64,000 bases of DNA from Pseudomonadota bacterium (lineage in GTDB: Bacteria; Pseudomonadota; Alphaproteobacteria; Acetobacterales; Acetobacteraceae): contig JAKBBM010000001.1 in the NCBI GenBank assembly GCA_021808545.1, positions 21,330 through 85,329 on the forward strand, in the 5' to 3' direction. Position 1 is the stretch's first letter, and each line of letters opens with the position of its first letter. The translations under genes were made by a program, and so were the position numbers. Below, in pieces: positions 31,038-41,393 of this stretch. Under the pieces are notes generated by a model. It was not told the origin of the DNA. It saw nothing but the letters and a program-made list of their open reading frames with translations, and did no database searches.

Positions 31038-33407
31038 ATGAACGAGATGCGGCCGCTTGCCCATGGCGTGGATAAGCTTGAGATGCTGGCCGGGATCGAG
31101 CGCAAGCTGGTCTGGCTCGCATCCTGGATGATTCATTACGCCAACCATGAATGTCCGAACCCCGATGGCATGAAGGTGGGCGGGCATCAGGCCTCGTGCG
31201 CGTCCGTCGCGGGCATTATGACCGCGCTTTATTTCGATGCGCTGCGCCCTGTGGACCGGGTGGCGGTCAAACCCCATGCCGGGCCTGTGCTGCACGCCAT
31301 TAATTACTTGCTCGGCCGGCAGAATTTGGAAATGCTGAAAGGCTTTCGGCAGTTTCGCGGTGCGCAGGCTTATCCCTCCCGCACGCGCGATGGCGATGAG
31401 ATCGATTTTTCCACCGGCTCCGTCGGGCTGGGCGTGGCGCTGACCAGTTTTACCGCCCTGATCCAGGATTACATACATGTGCGCGGCATGGCGCCCGCCC
31501 ACGCGCCACGCGGGCGCAGCATCGCCATTGCCGGCGATGCCGAGATGGATGAGGGCAATATTTACGAAGCCCTGCTGGAGGGCTGGAAGCACGATGTGCG
31601 CGATGTCTGGTGGATTGTGGATTACAACCGCCAGAGCCTCGATTCGGTGATGCCGGACCGGCTGTTTGGCCGCGTCGAGGGGCTGTTTCGCGATACAGGC
31701 TGGAAGATCGTGCCGCTGAAATATGGCCGCAAGCTGGAGGCGGCCTTTGCCAGGCCCGGCGGCGCTTCTCTGCGCGGCTGGCTGGATGAGTGCCCCAACA
31801 CCGATTATTCCGCCCTGACCTTTCAAGGCGGGGCTACCTGGCGCGAGGCGATTCTCGCTGACATGCGCAAGAGCCGCGGCGTGCGCGCGATCATCGACCC
31901 GCTGTCCGACGATGAGCTGGCGGCGCTGATGACCAATCTTGCCGGGCACGATCTGGGCGTGCTGACCGAGGCGTTTGCCGCCGCCGGGCGGAGCGATCAG
32001 CCGACCTTGTTTCTGGCCTACACGATCAAGGGCCATGGCCTGCCCTTTGCCGGACATAAGGATAATCATGCCGGGCTGATGACGGTCGAGCAGATGTACG
32101 CCTTCAGGGCCGCTTGCCACGTGCGCCCGGGGCATGAGTGGGACCGGTTGGAAGGGGTAGAGGCGCCGCAGCGCATGGAACGGTTCATCCAGTCCGTTCC
32201 CTATGCCGCGCCGCTCACCCCCAAGGGGCGAAATATGGGCGCGCCGTGCGTGCCCGTGCCAGCCGTGCTGCCGCAGACGCGCACCACTGGCCGGCGGATG
32301 AGTACGCAGACCGGTTTTGGCGAGACGATGGCCGAGATTGGGCGCGGGCAGGGCGATTGCGCGGCGCTGGCACAACAGATTGTGACCACCAGCCCGGATG
32401 TGGCGGTATCCACCAATCTTGGCCCGTGGATTAACCGGCGCGGCGTGTTCGCCCGGCAGATGCGCGAGGATGTGTTTCGCAACGGCAGCCTTGCCAGCGC
32501 GCAGCGCTGGGGCACAAACCCGCAAGGCCAGCATATAGAGCTTGGTATCGCCGAGCAGAATTTGTTTCTGCTGCTGGGCGCGGCGGGGCTTGCGCATGAT
32601 TTATACGGCGCGCGGCTGCTGCCCGTGGGCACGGTGTATGATCCGTTTGTCAATCGCGGCCATGACGCGCTGTTTTACGCCTGTTACCAGGATGCGCGGT
32701 TTTTGCTCGTCTCCACGCCATCGGGCATTACGCTCGCCCGTGAGGGCGGACAGCACCAGGCCACCAACACGCCGCTGCTGGCCTTGGTGCAGGACCGGCT
32801 GGCGAGCTTTGAGCCTGCTTATTGCGACGAGCTGGCGCTGCTGATGCGCCATGCGTTTGAACATATGCAAAAGCCGGATGGCTCGGCCGTGTGGCTGCGC
32901 CTGTCCAACCTGCCGCTGCACCAGACTGAGCGCGTGCTCGATCCCGCACAGGTGATCGCGGGCGCGCATTGGGTGACGCCGCCAGCCAAAGGCGCGCCGA
33001 TCGCCATTGCCTACCAAGGGCCGGTGGCGCACGAGGCGGAAAAGGCCTTTGCGATATTGCGCGAGGATGTGCCCGAGGCCGGGCTGCTCGCCATTACCAG
33101 CCCCGACCGGCTTTATGCTGGCTGGCGCGCGGCCCAGCGCGCGCGCCGCGCGGGGCAAGTGGCGCAGGCGCATGTGGAGACAATTCTGGCCCCACTGGCG
33201 CCGGGGGCAGCGCTGGTTTCGGTGCTGGATGGCCACCCGGCCGCGCATGCCTGGCTGGGGGCCGTACGCGGCCAGCGCGTTATGGCGCTGGGACCGGACC
33301 GGTTTGGCCAGTCAGGCGATGTCGCCAGCCTGTTCCAGGCGTATGAGATGGATTGCGCTGCGATTCTGGATGCCTGCGCCGAGGCGTTGCTGCCTTGTAA
33401 GGATTGA
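31038..33407 (+). CDS. Single-chain ThDP enzyme, AceE-like pyruvate dehydrogenase E1 / transketolase-like
   Basis: KVGGHQASCAS, VKPHAGP, AYPSRT.D..E.DFSTGSVGLG, GDAEMDEGN...DYNRQSLD, HIELGIAEQN, EGGQHQ. Confidence 0.85.
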   Translation: MNEMRPLAHGVDKLEMLAGIERKLVWLASWMIHYANHECPNPDGMKVGGHQASCASVAGIMTALYFDALRPVDRVAVKPHAGPVLHAINYLLGRQNLEMLKGFRQFRGAQAYPSRTRDGDEIDFSTGSVGLGVALTSFTALIQDYIHVRGMAPAHAPRGRSIAIAGDAEMDEGNIYEALLEGWKHDVRDVWWIVDYNRQSLDSVMPDRLFGRVEGLFRDTGWKIVPLKYGRKLEAAFARPGGASLRGWLDECPNTDYSALTFQGGATWREAILADMRKSRGVRAIIDPLSDDELAALMTNLAGHDLGVLTEAFAAAGRSDQPTLFLAYTIKGHGLPFAGHKDNHAGLMTVEQMYAFRAACHVRPGHEWDRLEGVEAPQRMERFIQSVPYAAPLTPKGRNMGAPCVPVPAVLPQTRTTGRRMSTQTGFGETMAEIGRGQGDCAALAQQIVTTSPDVAVSTNLGPWINRRGVFARQMREDVFRNGSLASAQRWGTNPQGQHIELGIAEQNLFLLLGAAGLAHDLYGARLLPVGTVYDPFVNRGHDALFYACYQDARFLLVSTPSGITLAREGGQHQATNTPLLALVQDRLASFEPAYCDELALLMRHAFEHMQKPDGSAVWLRLSNLPLHQTERVLDPAQVIAGAHWVTPPAKGAPIAIAYQGPVAHEAEKAFAILREDVPEAGLLAITSPDRLYAGWRAAQRARRAGQVAQAHVETILAPLAPGAALVSVLDGHPAAHAWLGAVRGQRVMALGPDRFGQSGDVASLFQAYEMDCAAILDACAEALLPCKD

Positions 33408-33425
33408 AGCCAAGGCGGGTCTGGC

Positions 33426-34916
33426 TCAGCAATGCGTGGTAACGGCCAGAACCTGTCTCAGCACCGCCATTGTGCCGTCCTGCTCCATGGCCGCGCGCAG
33501 CTTCAGGAAAGACTCCGCGAAGGCGCCTTGCGGCTCAATCCCGCATAGGCTGAGAAAGGACATGCGCAGCGCATCGCGCGGCTCGGGGCTAAGGGCCAGC
33601 GCCAGATCGTCGGCCTGCAGGTTTGGCTCACGCGGGGCGAAGCGGTGGCCCTGATCATCCACCCCCGCGAGGTAGCGCACGAAACAGGCCAGTAGAAAGG
33701 CCAGCCGGATATGCGGGGCGCCATGCGAGAGCACCGCCGCGAACGTGCCGCCTAAAAAGACGGGCAGTTTCACCGCGCCGTCGGCCGTGATCCGGCGGAG
33801 CTGGTCGCTGACCGTGGGATTGGCAAAACGCGCCAGCAGGCTTTCCTTATAGGCGTGTAGGTCAACGCCCGGCGGGGCGCAGAGATAGGGGGTCACATCC
33901 TGTTCCATGAAATCATCGAGCAGGGTTCTGAGCATCGGCTCGGCCATGGCTTCGTCCACCCGCTCCAGCCCCGCCAGCTGCGCCGGATAGGCGAGCACGG
34001 AATGCGAGCCATTGAGCATGCGCACTTTGGCCATCTCATAGGTATGCACATCATCGACCATCTGCACCCCGGCCAGCTCAAAGCTTGGCCGGCCATTGCA
34101 GAAACGATCCTCGATGACCCATTGCGCGAAGGCCTCGCAATAAACCGGCAGGCGATCCTCGATTCCGCTGCGCGCATTCAGGCGCGCGGCTTCTTCCGGG
34201 CTGACCGCCGGGGTAATGCGGTCCACCATGCTGCTGGGAAAAGCGACATGGGTATTGATCCAGCCGGCCAGCATTGGGTCCAGTGCCGCCGCATGGGTGA
34301 GAGCGGCGCGGCGCGCGACTTCGCCATTGCCGCGCAGATTGTCGCAGGACAGCACGGTAAAAGGCGCAATCCCGGCATCGCGGCGGCGGCGCAGCGCTTC
34401 GACGATAAAGCCAAACGCGGTGCGCGGGTGCGCGGGCGCGGCCAGTTCCGCGGCCACTTCGGGTGTGTCCAGCCGGTACAGGCCCAGCCGGTCCAGATTA
34501 TAGCCGCCTTCGGTGATGGTGAGCGTGACAAGCCGTGTTTGCGGACTGGCCAGCCGCGCGAGCACCGTGTCTGTTGTTTCGGATGCGGATATATATTCGA
34601 TGATCGAGCCGACAACCTGGGTTTGCGGCGTGCCATCGGGGGGGAATTGGGTTAATGTGTAGAGATTGTCCTGGGCTTGCATGGCCGCGATTTTCTCGCG
34701 TTCGGATTCGTCGTCGAGCACGCTAACGCCACAAATGCCCCAGCCCTCATGCCCGGGTAGCGCCAGGAGCTGGTCGATAAACCACGCCTGATGCGCGCGG
34801 TGGAAATTACCCACGCTCATATGCACAATGCCGGGCTTGACGGCATGGCGCTCATAAGCACGCCAGCGCACATCTTTTGGCAAAGTCTGGACTGTGCTGT
34901 CGTTCAATTGGATCAT
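33426..34916 (-). CDS. Mannitol dehydrogenase family (polyol-specific long-chain dehydrogenase)
   Basis: GIVHMSVGNFHRAHQA, TITEGGY, SCDNLRGNG, FPSSMVDRITP, QWVIED, KVRMLNGSH, RFANP. Confidence 0.93.
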   Translation of the reverse strand: MIQLNDSTVQTLPKDVRWRAYERHAVKPGIVHMSVGNFHRAHQAWFIDQLLALPGHEGWGICGVSVLDDESEREKIAAMQAQDNLYTLTQFPPDGTPQTQVVGSIIEYISASETTDTVLARLASPQTRLVTLTITEGGYNLDRLGLYRLDTPEVAAELAAPAHPRTAFGFIVEALRRRRDAGIAPFTVLSCDNLRGNGEVARRAALTHAAALDPMLAGWINTHVAFPSSMVDRITPAVSPEEAARLNARSGIEDRLPVYCEAFAQWVIEDRFCNGRPSFELAGVQMVDDVHTYEMAKVRMLNGSHSVLAYPAQLAGLERVDEAMAEPMLRTLLDDFMEQDVTPYLCAPPGVDLHAYKESLLARFANPTVSDQLRRITADGAVKLPVFLGGTFAAVLSHGAPHIRLAFLLACFVRYLAGVDDQGHRFAPREPNLQADDLALALSPEPRDALRMSFLSLCGIEPQGAFAESFLKLRAAMEQDGTMAVLRQVLAVTTHC

Positions 34917-35032
34917 CGTCACTCCCCCGGCCACCCTTCATTGCCCGTATCTTGAACATAGGGGCGAATGGTAGCTGAATTATGGCGGAGCTTTGAGAAT
35001 TCCCGTTCGCAGCCTTGCAAAATACCGGACGC

Positions 35033-36460
35033 TTAGCCGTGGCGATGGCCGCTTAAGCTGGCCCCGGCATTGGCGGGCAGGCGCGCGGCCAGCGGCGCGC
35101 CGATAAGGGCGATGAGCCCCACCACCAGAAAGGCCAGCGTATAGTCCGAGGCCAGCGCCGTGGGGTGGTGGCGCAGCCCGGATGCGACTTCCAGGATGAT
35201 GGCGCCGACCACAATGCCCATGGTGAGCGAGAGTTGCTGGATGGTGGAATAGAAACTGGTGGCGGCGGACATGCGGGCGCGGGGAATATCGCCATAGGCG
35301 ATGGCGTTGAAGGCGGTGAATTGCAATGAGCGGAACAACCCGCCGATGAACAAGACGGCATCGAGGGTCAAGGGCGGCCAAGCCTGGGTGAAGCTGGCGC
35401 AGACCGCGATCATGCCGGCCGCCAGCACGCCGTTCCAGACCAAGACAGTGCGGAACCCAAATTTTTGCAGGATGGGCTTGGCCATCGGCTTCATGAACAG
35501 CGCGCCGGCGGCGGCGGCAAAGGTGATCAGCCCGCTGCGCAGCGGCGTGTCGCCAAAGCCAAGTTGCAGCATGAGCGGCAGCAAAAAGGGCAGCGCGCCC
35601 ACCGCGATACGAAACAGGCTGCCCGCCAGCATGGAATTGGCGAAGGTGGGAATGCGCAGCAAGGACAGGTCGAGCACGGGCTGTGCGGCATGGCGGGCAT
35701 GGCGTATATAAAGTGCGCCGGCGCCCAGCCCGATGGCGAAGCTGCCCAGCGTCCAGGAGAGCGGGATCAGGTGGCGGCCATAGGTTTCCAGCCCGATCAT
35801 GTTCATGGCCATCGCCAAGCCCGAGAGTATGAGCCCGCGCGCATCGAGCCCGCCGCCGCGCCCGGGGACCTTTATGTCGGGAATGAACAGGCCAACGGCG
35901 ATGAACCCAAGGCAGCCAATGGGTACGTTAATGCCAAACACCCAACGCCAGGACACGTAAGACACGATCAACCCGCCCAAGGGCGGGCCCAGAATGGGGC
36001 CAAGCAGGGCCGGCATGGTAAGCCAGGACATGGCCGAGACCATTTGCTCGCGCGAGACCGAGCGCAGCAGCACCAGCCTGCCCACGGGCAGCATCATGGC
36101 GCCGCCCAGCCCCTGTATGATGCGCGCGGCCACCAGCCCGCCCAGGCTGGGGGCCAAGCCGCATAATACCGAGCCGAGCGTGAACACGATGATGGCCGCG
36201 CGAAACACGGCGCGCGCGCCGAATCGATCGGCCACCCAGCCGCTGGCGGGAATGAAAACCGAAAGGCTGATGAGATAAGATGTGAGGGCCACGCTCATAT
36301 GCAGCGGCGGCTCGTGGAAGGCGCGCGCCATGGCGGGCAGCGCGGTGGTGATGATGGTGGAATCCAGGTTCTGCATGAACAGGGCGCTGGCGATGATGAG
36401 CGCCGTAAACCGCATGCGCGATTCGGAAATTTGCGGCTCCTGCTCCTCTGCGTCCGTCAT
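35033..36460 (-). CDS. MFS transporter, DHA2 family (14-TM drug/H+ antiporter-like)
   Basis: ASALFMQNLDSTIITTALP, GW.ADRFGAR, ARIIQGLGGAMM.PVGR, P.LGPILGPPLGG, WRWVF.INVP; start 36460 after AGGAG. Confidence 0.92.
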   Translation of the reverse strand: MTDAEEQEPQISESRMRFTALIIASALFMQNLDSTIITTALPAMARAFHEPPLHMSVALTSYLISLSVFIPASGWVADRFGARAVFRAAIIVFTLGSVLCGLAPSLGGLVAARIIQGLGGAMMLPVGRLVLLRSVSREQMVSAMSWLTMPALLGPILGPPLGGLIVSYVSWRWVFGINVPIGCLGFIAVGLFIPDIKVPGRGGGLDARGLILSGLAMAMNMIGLETYGRHLIPLSWTLGSFAIGLGAGALYIRHARHAAQPVLDLSLLRIPTFANSMLAGSLFRIAVGALPFLLPLMLQLGFGDTPLRSGLITFAAAAGALFMKPMAKPILQKFGFRTVLVWNGVLAAGMIAVCASFTQAWPPLTLDAVLFIGGLFRSLQFTAFNAIAYGDIPRARMSAATSFYSTIQQLSLTMGIVVGAIILEVASGLRHHPTALASDYTLAFLVVGLIALIGAPLAARLPANAGASLSGHRHG

Positions 36461-36468
36461 ACTCCTAC

Positions 36469-36804
36469 TCATTCCCGGCTAAGTCCGGCTTGCTCTAGCC
36501 GGTGCAGATAGCGCCGCCAGCGTATGCGGTATTCGCGCCCCAGATCGCGCAGATAGGTCCAGGAATAAACACCTGTCTCGAACCCGTCGGAAAAGCGCAG
36601 GCGCAGCGCGTAATTGCCGGTGGGTTCGGCCGCGCGAATGCCAACCAGCCGCTTGCCCGCGATGAGCGGTGCCGTCGTGCCAGGCGGAACCGGATAATGC
36701 ACGCGTAAGAACTCCGCCGGTAATGCCAGCGCGCTGCCATCCTCATACTCCAGCTCCAGGCGGCGCAGGCCATGGCGGATGCGGATATGGGTGGGCGCGT
36801 TCAT
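36469..36804 (-). CDS. DUF971 / GBBH-like N-terminal domain protein
   Basis: LELEYEDG...[10 protein letters not shown]...[23 protein letters not shown]; the His-Asp/Thr region is divergent from the typical HDTG. Confidence 0.8.
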   Translation of the reverse strand: MNAPTHIRIRHGLRRLELEYEDGSALALPAEFLRVHYPVPPGTTAPLIAGKRLVGIRAAEPTGNYALRLRFSDGFETGVYSWTYLRDLGREYRIRWRRYLHRLEQAGLSRE

Positions 36805-36995
36805 GGCGCCAGCGGGCGCGCGTCCTCCACCAGCATGACGGGGATGCCGTTGCGGATGGGATAGGCGAGCCCGGCCTTGGGGCTGATCAGCTCGTTGTGG
36901 TCCCGGTCGTAAATCAGCGGGCCGCGGGTGAGCGGGCAGACCAGCATTTCCAGCAAGCGCGGATCGGGCGCGGTGGGGGAAGGGGGATGGTTCAT
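36801..36995 (-). CDS. Trm112 family protein
   Basis: [19 protein letters not shown]...[20 protein letters not shown]. Confidence 0.92.
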   Translation of the reverse strand: MNHPPSPTAPDPRLLEMLVCPLTRGPLIYDRDHNELISPKAGLAYPIRNGIPVMLVEDARPLAP

Positions 36996-36997
36996 GC

Positions 36998-37672
36998 TCA
37001 GCTCGCTTTCGGCGGGGAATCATCGCCATGGCCGGAATCAAAGGAATCGATTTCCAGCAGCGCGCGCAACGCCTCGGCGCGGGCCACGCCATCGCGCGCT
37101 TCCAGCAGGGCCTGTTTTTCCTCGGTCCCGAACGGGCAGGCCATGCTGAGCGCGGTCACGAGGGCGGTGTCGTCGAGCGTGGCGATCGCGTCCCAGTTCG
37201 CATCCATGCCGGTGGCGTTGAAATAGCGGCGCAGGGCCGCCAGCAGTAAATCGCGCGGGAAGGGCAGCAGCAGCGCCTCGGGCGCGCGCAGATCGGCCGC
37301 GAATCCGGCCAGCCCCGCATGCACCCGCCGGTAGCCGCGGCGCATCTCCAGCTCCTCGGCGATTGTAAAACGGATCAGGCCGGTGAGGGTAATGAGATAA
37401 CGCCCATCCTCGGTCTCATCGAAGCTGGAAATCCGCCCCAGACAGCCGATCCGGTACAGGCCGGGGCCATGATCGCCAGCGGGCAGGCGCCTGTCTGGCT
37501 GGACCATGCCAAAATACCGGCCCGCGGCCAGCGCATCCTCCACCAGGGCTAGGTAGCGCGGCTCGAAGATGTTGAGCGGCAGCCGGCCGCCGGGCAGAAG
37601 CAGGGCGCCGGCGAGCGGAAAGACCGGAAATTCCTCTGGCAGATCCTCAAACGCCGCGGAGAAGGCTTGCAT
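36998..37672 (-). CDS. LON peptidase substrate-binding domain protein
   Basis: [56 protein letters not shown]. Confidence 0.92.
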   Translation of the reverse strand: MQAFSAAFEDLPEEFPVFPLAGALLLPGGRLPLNIFEPRYLALVEDALAAGRYFGMVQPDRRLPAGDHGPGLYRIGCLGRISSFDETEDGRYLITLTGLIRFTIAEELEMRRGYRRVHAGLAGFAADLRAPEALLLPFPRDLLLAALRRYFNATGMDANWDAIATLDDTALVTALSMACPFGTEEKQALLEARDGVARAEALRALLEIDSFDSGHGDDSPPKAS

Positions 37673-37677
37673 GCGGC

Positions 37678-38613
37678 TTAACTGAACAGCAGGGCTGAGA
37701 GTTTGCGCCGCGCGGCCATGGTGGCCGGATCGTCCATGCCCCAGGCCTCGAAGAATTTCACCAGCTGGCGGCGCGCGCCATCCTCGTTCCAGGTGCGGTC
37801 GCGCTGGACGATATCGAGCAAGGCCGCCGCGGCCTCGGTCCGGGCACCGGTCGCGTTCAGCGCGGTGGCCAGCTCGTAGCGCGCCTCGTGATCGTTAGGA
37901 TTGGCGGCCAGCCGCGCTTCCAGCCCAGCCATGGCGCCTTGCGCGCGCCGCCCCTCGGCGGCCAGCGCCAGGGCCGCGCGGGCCCCCGCGATCTCGGGAT
38001 GTTCGGCGAGTTTGGCCGGCACCTGCGCGAGCAGCTCATTTGCCTGATGTTCATCGCCCAGCGCCAGCAGCGCGCGGACAAGTCCGCCCCAGGCCTCGGG
38101 TTTGTCCTGGTCCTCTTGCAGCGCCCCGGCGAAATATTGCGCCGCCTGCTCGGCTTGCCCCTGCTCCAGCAAGGTGCGTCCCTGGGTGATGAGATCCATC
38201 GCCGGGGGGTTGGAGCCGGCCAGCTTCAGCAGTGCCTCGACGAATCGCTTCACTTCGCTCTCGGGCAGGGCGCCGGAGAAGGTATCGGCGATCTGCCCCT
38301 GCCAGAAGGCGACGACGGTGGGCACGGATTGCATGGGCAGGCCCATGCGCGTGAGCTGGGTGACAAGTTCACGATTCTTGTCGACATCGATTTTAACGAG
38401 CCTGACTCGTCCGCCCTGGGCACTGACGACTTTTTCAAGAATCGGGGTGAGGGTTTTGCACGGGCCGCACCAGGTGGCCCAGAAATCGACCAGAATCGGG
38501 CATAGCTGCGAGGCCTCGATAACCTCGGCCATGAAATTCGCCTGGCTGCCGTCGATAATCGAAGCCTGTGATTCGGGACGCGCTGCCGGCGCCGCATTGA
38601 GAAAATCGTTCAT
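37678..38613 (-). CDS. cnoX: Thioredoxin-TPR chaperedoxin (YbbN/CnoX family)
   Basis: VDFWATWCGPCKTLTP, QSVPTV, C-terminal TPR with ARRQLVKFF...RRKLSALLFS. Confidence 0.9.
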   Translation of the reverse strand: MNDFLNAAPAARPESQASIIDGSQANFMAEVIEASQLCPILVDFWATWCGPCKTLTPILEKVVSAQGGRVRLVKIDVDKNRELVTQLTRMGLPMQSVPTVVAFWQGQIADTFSGALPESEVKRFVEALLKLAGSNPPAMDLITQGRTLLEQGQAEQAAQYFAGALQEDQDKPEAWGGLVRALLALGDEHQANELLAQVPAKLAEHPEIAGARAALALAAEGRRAQGAMAGLEARLAANPNDHEARYELATALNATGARTEAAAALLDIVQRDRTWNEDGARRQLVKFFEAWGMDDPATMAARRKLSALLFS

Positions 38614-38745
38614 AATCCCCGTCCGCATGAGTTTCAGGCCATTATATAGTAACGGACCCGGCTCTCACAGCCCCGCGAGAAAAGCGCGCGGGGGGTGCTT
38701 GCAATCCGTCGCGGCTCTGTTTAAAGAGCCTCCACCACGCCGTGA

Positions 38746-38820
38746 GCGGGCGTAGCTCAGGGGTAGAGCACAACCTTGCCAAGGTTGGGGTCGAGGGTTC
38801 GAATCCCTTCGCCCGCTCCA
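38746..38820 (+). tRNA. tRNA-Gly(GCC)
   Basis: GCGGGCG-TAGCTCAG...CAACC-TTGCCAA-GGTTG...GGTTCGAATCC...CGCCCGCTCCA; 75 nt. Confidence 0.98.
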
Positions 38821-38927
38821 ATTTTCCTTACTTACCTTTTATTTTTCCCGTAAAATCTCCGATTGTACGGATGCCTTGTCTGTACCGGCCCCTTGCTCGT
38901 TGCGGCCGCGCATGGTGCAATCGGCCC

Positions 38928-39494
38928 ATGGTGAAATTAGACAAAATCTACACGCGCGGCGGTGATCAGGGCGAAACCTCGTTGGGCGACGGTACGCGCT
39001 TGCCCAAATCCTCGGCCAGGGTCATGGCGCTGGGTGAGGTGGATGAAGCCAATGCGGCTTTGGGGCTGGCCCGGCTGCACGCCGATGAGGGCATGGATGA
39101 GATGCTGGCCCGCTTGCAGAATGATCTGTTCGATCTCGGTGCCGATTTGTGCATGCCAATCCATGAAGGGGCATCGCCCGCTCTGCGCGTAACGGATCAA
39201 CAGGTGGCCTGGCTGGAAGCGCGGATCGACACGGTGAATGCGGGCTTGGCGCCGTTAACCTCCTTTATATTGCCGGCTGGCACGCCGCTTGCCGCCAATC
39301 TGCATCTGGCGCGCGCGGTGGTGCGCCGGGCCGAGCGTGCCGTGGTGCATTTGCTCGAAGCGCCCGACGAGGCGGTGAACCGGCTGGTGCTCGTTTATCT
39401 TAACCGCCTGTCGGATCTGCTGTTCGTGCTGGCCCGGGCGGCCAATGGCGGTGAAGATATATTGTGGCGGCCTGCGGGCGGGGCGAAGGGCTAA
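38928..39494 (+). CDS. Cob(I)alamin adenosyltransferase, PduO type
   Basis: KIYTRGGDQGETSLGDG, GEVDEAN, QNDLFDLG, FILPAG, ARAVVRRAER, YLNRLSDLLF. Confidence 0.94.
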   Translation: MVKLDKIYTRGGDQGETSLGDGTRLPKSSARVMALGEVDEANAALGLARLHADEGMDEMLARLQNDLFDLGADLCMPIHEGASPALRVTDQQVAWLEARIDTVNAGLAPLTSFILPAGTPLAANLHLARAVVRRAERAVVHLLEAPDEAVNRLVLVYLNRLSDLLFVLARAANGGEDILWRPAGGAKG

Positions 39495-39554
39495 GCCGCA
39501 CGCGGCGGGCCCGCGCCGCTTTTCCGCGCGCGTAACCTCGTCTAGGAGCATGGC

Positions 39555-40415
39555 ATGTCCAAAGCTCAGTTCGTTCTTACCCTGTCCTGCCAGAATCGCC
39601 CCGGCATTGTTGCCGCCGTCTCCACCTATTTGTTCGAGCATGGCGCCGATATCCGTGAGGCGCAGCAATTTGACGATGTCGAGACCGGCAAATTCTTCGC
39701 CCGGATCGGCTTCGACCTGCGCGCGGATGCGGGCATCGCGCCGCTGCGCGAGGGGTTTGCCGCCATTGCCGCGCCGTTCGGCTTCAACTGGGCCATTGCC
39801 GACCATGCCGCGCCGCGCCGCGTGCTGCTCATGGTCTCCAAGTTTGATCATTGTTTGGCGGATTTGCTCTATCGCTGGCGTATTGGCGAATTATTCATGA
39901 CCCCGGTTGGCATCGTCTCTAACCATGGGCTTGAACATTATGCCGGGTTGGATTTTGCCGGGGTGCCGTTCCACCATTTGCCTGTCACGCGCGAGACCAA
40001 AATGGAGCAGGAGGCGCAGATCTGGGCGCTGGTGAAGGAAACGGGCGCGGAGCTGGTGGTGCTGGCGCGCTACATGCAGGTGCTCTCCGATGCGCTTGCG
40101 CACAAGCTCGCGGGGCGGTGCATTAATATCCACCATTCCTTCCTGCCCGGCTTCAAGGGCGCCAAGCCCTATCATCAGGCGCATGGGCGCGGGGTGAAGC
40201 TGATTGGCGCCACGGCGCATTACGTCACCGCCGATTTGGATGAGGGGCCGATCATCGAACAGGATGTCGAGCGCATCACCCATGCCGACATGCCAGATGA
40301 CCTGGTGCGCAAGGGGCGCGATATAGAGCGCCGGGTGCTGGCGCGCGCCGTGCGCTACCATCTGGAGGATCGGGTGATCCTGAACGGTAAGAAGACCGTG
40401 GTGTTCGCGAGTTGA
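39555..40415 (+). CDS. purU: Formyltetrahydrofolate deformylase
   Basis: [75 protein letters not shown]. Confidence 0.97.
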   Translation: MSKAQFVLTLSCQNRPGIVAAVSTYLFEHGADIREAQQFDDVETGKFFARIGFDLRADAGIAPLREGFAAIAAPFGFNWAIADHAAPRRVLLMVSKFDHCLADLLYRWRIGELFMTPVGIVSNHGLEHYAGLDFAGVPFHHLPVTRETKMEQEAQIWALVKETGAELVVLARYMQVLSDALAHKLAGRCINIHHSFLPGFKGAKPYHQAHGRGVKLIGATAHYVTADLDEGPIIEQDVERITHADMPDDLVRKGRDIERRVLARAVRYHLEDRVILNGKKTVVFAS

Positions 40416-40458
40416 AAATTGCGCCCCCATCCGGCAATGGGGGGCAGACGATAAGGGG

Positions 40459-41325
40459 ATGAGAGAATTGGCCGAAATCATCGATGGCAAAGCTTTCGCC
40501 GCCCGCCTGCGCGCCGCCATCGCGGCGGAGGTGGCGGACCTTCCCGCCCAGCCGGGCCTGGCCGTGGTGCTGGTGGGGGATGATCCGGCCTCGAAAGTCT
40601 ATGTCGCCAACAAGGCGAAGCAGACCGTGAAGGTGGGCATGCGCTCGTTTGAGCACCGTCTGCCCGCCGCCACCACGCAAGATGAGCTGCTCGCCCTGGT
40701 GCGCGGGCTGAATGCCGATCCCGCCGTGCATGGTATTTTGGTGCAGTTGCCGCTGCCTTCGCATCTGAACGCGGATGAGGTGATCGCCGCGATTTCGCCC
40801 GACAAGGATGTGGACGGGCTGACCGTGACCAATGCCGGGCGGTTGATGGCCGGGCTGCCGGGGCTAATCCCCTGCACGCCGCTGGGCTGCCTGCTGCTGC
40901 TGCAAGACAAAATCCCCGATATGACCGGCCTGCACGCCGTGGTTATTGGCCGTTCCAACTTGGTTGGCAAGCCGATTGCGCAGCTTTTGTTGCAGCAAAA
41001 CTGCACCGTGACCATGGCGCACTCCAAAACGCGCGACCTGCCCGCCTTGTGCCGCACGGCGGATATTCTGGTGGCCGCCGTGGGCCGGCCGGAAATGGTG
41101 CGCGGCGATTGGATCAAGCCTGGGGCTGCGGTCATCGATGTCGGGATCAACCGCGTGCCGGGGGAGGGAGGCAAGAGTCGTCTCGTCGGCGATGTCGCCT
41201 TTGCCGAGGCGGTGGAATTGGCGGGCTTGATTACCCCCGTGCCGGGCGGTGTGGGGCCCATGACCATTGCCTGCCTGCTGCGCAACACACTAACAGCATG
41301 GAAGCGCGCGGCGGGCGCGGGGTGA
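40459..41325 (+). CDS. folD: Methylenetetrahydrofolate dehydrogenase/cyclohydrolase
   Basis: [50 protein letters not shown]. Confidence 0.98.
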   Translation: MRELAEIIDGKAFAARLRAAIAAEVADLPAQPGLAVVLVGDDPASKVYVANKAKQTVKVGMRSFEHRLPAATTQDELLALVRGLNADPAVHGILVQLPLPSHLNADEVIAAISPDKDVDGLTVTNAGRLMAGLPGLIPCTPLGCLLLLQDKIPDMTGLHAVVIGRSNLVGKPIAQLLLQQNCTVTMAHSKTRDLPALCRTADILVAAVGRPEMVRGDWIKPGAAVIDVGINRVPGEGGKSRLVGDVAFAEAVELAGLITPVPGGVGPMTIACLLRNTLTAWKRAAGAG

Positions 41326-41393
41326 TGTCCCCGCGGCCGCTTACTCCAAAAGCAGAATAATTTAACCGCGCGCTGCCAGGCCCGCTTCGCGCT

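Noticed and set aside
30942-32597. 551-aa antisense ORF opposite the AceE-like gene
   Set aside because: Shadow ORF.
36469-37092. 207-aa ORF apparently fusing the Trm112 region to DUF971
   Set aside because: The N-terminal part is an alternative frame over Trm112; DUF971 starts at 36804 with ATGA coupling, so no frameshift is needed.
38742-38927. Extended PduO N-terminus running through tRNA-Gly
   Set aside because: Translates across a tRNA; the family start is at 38928.
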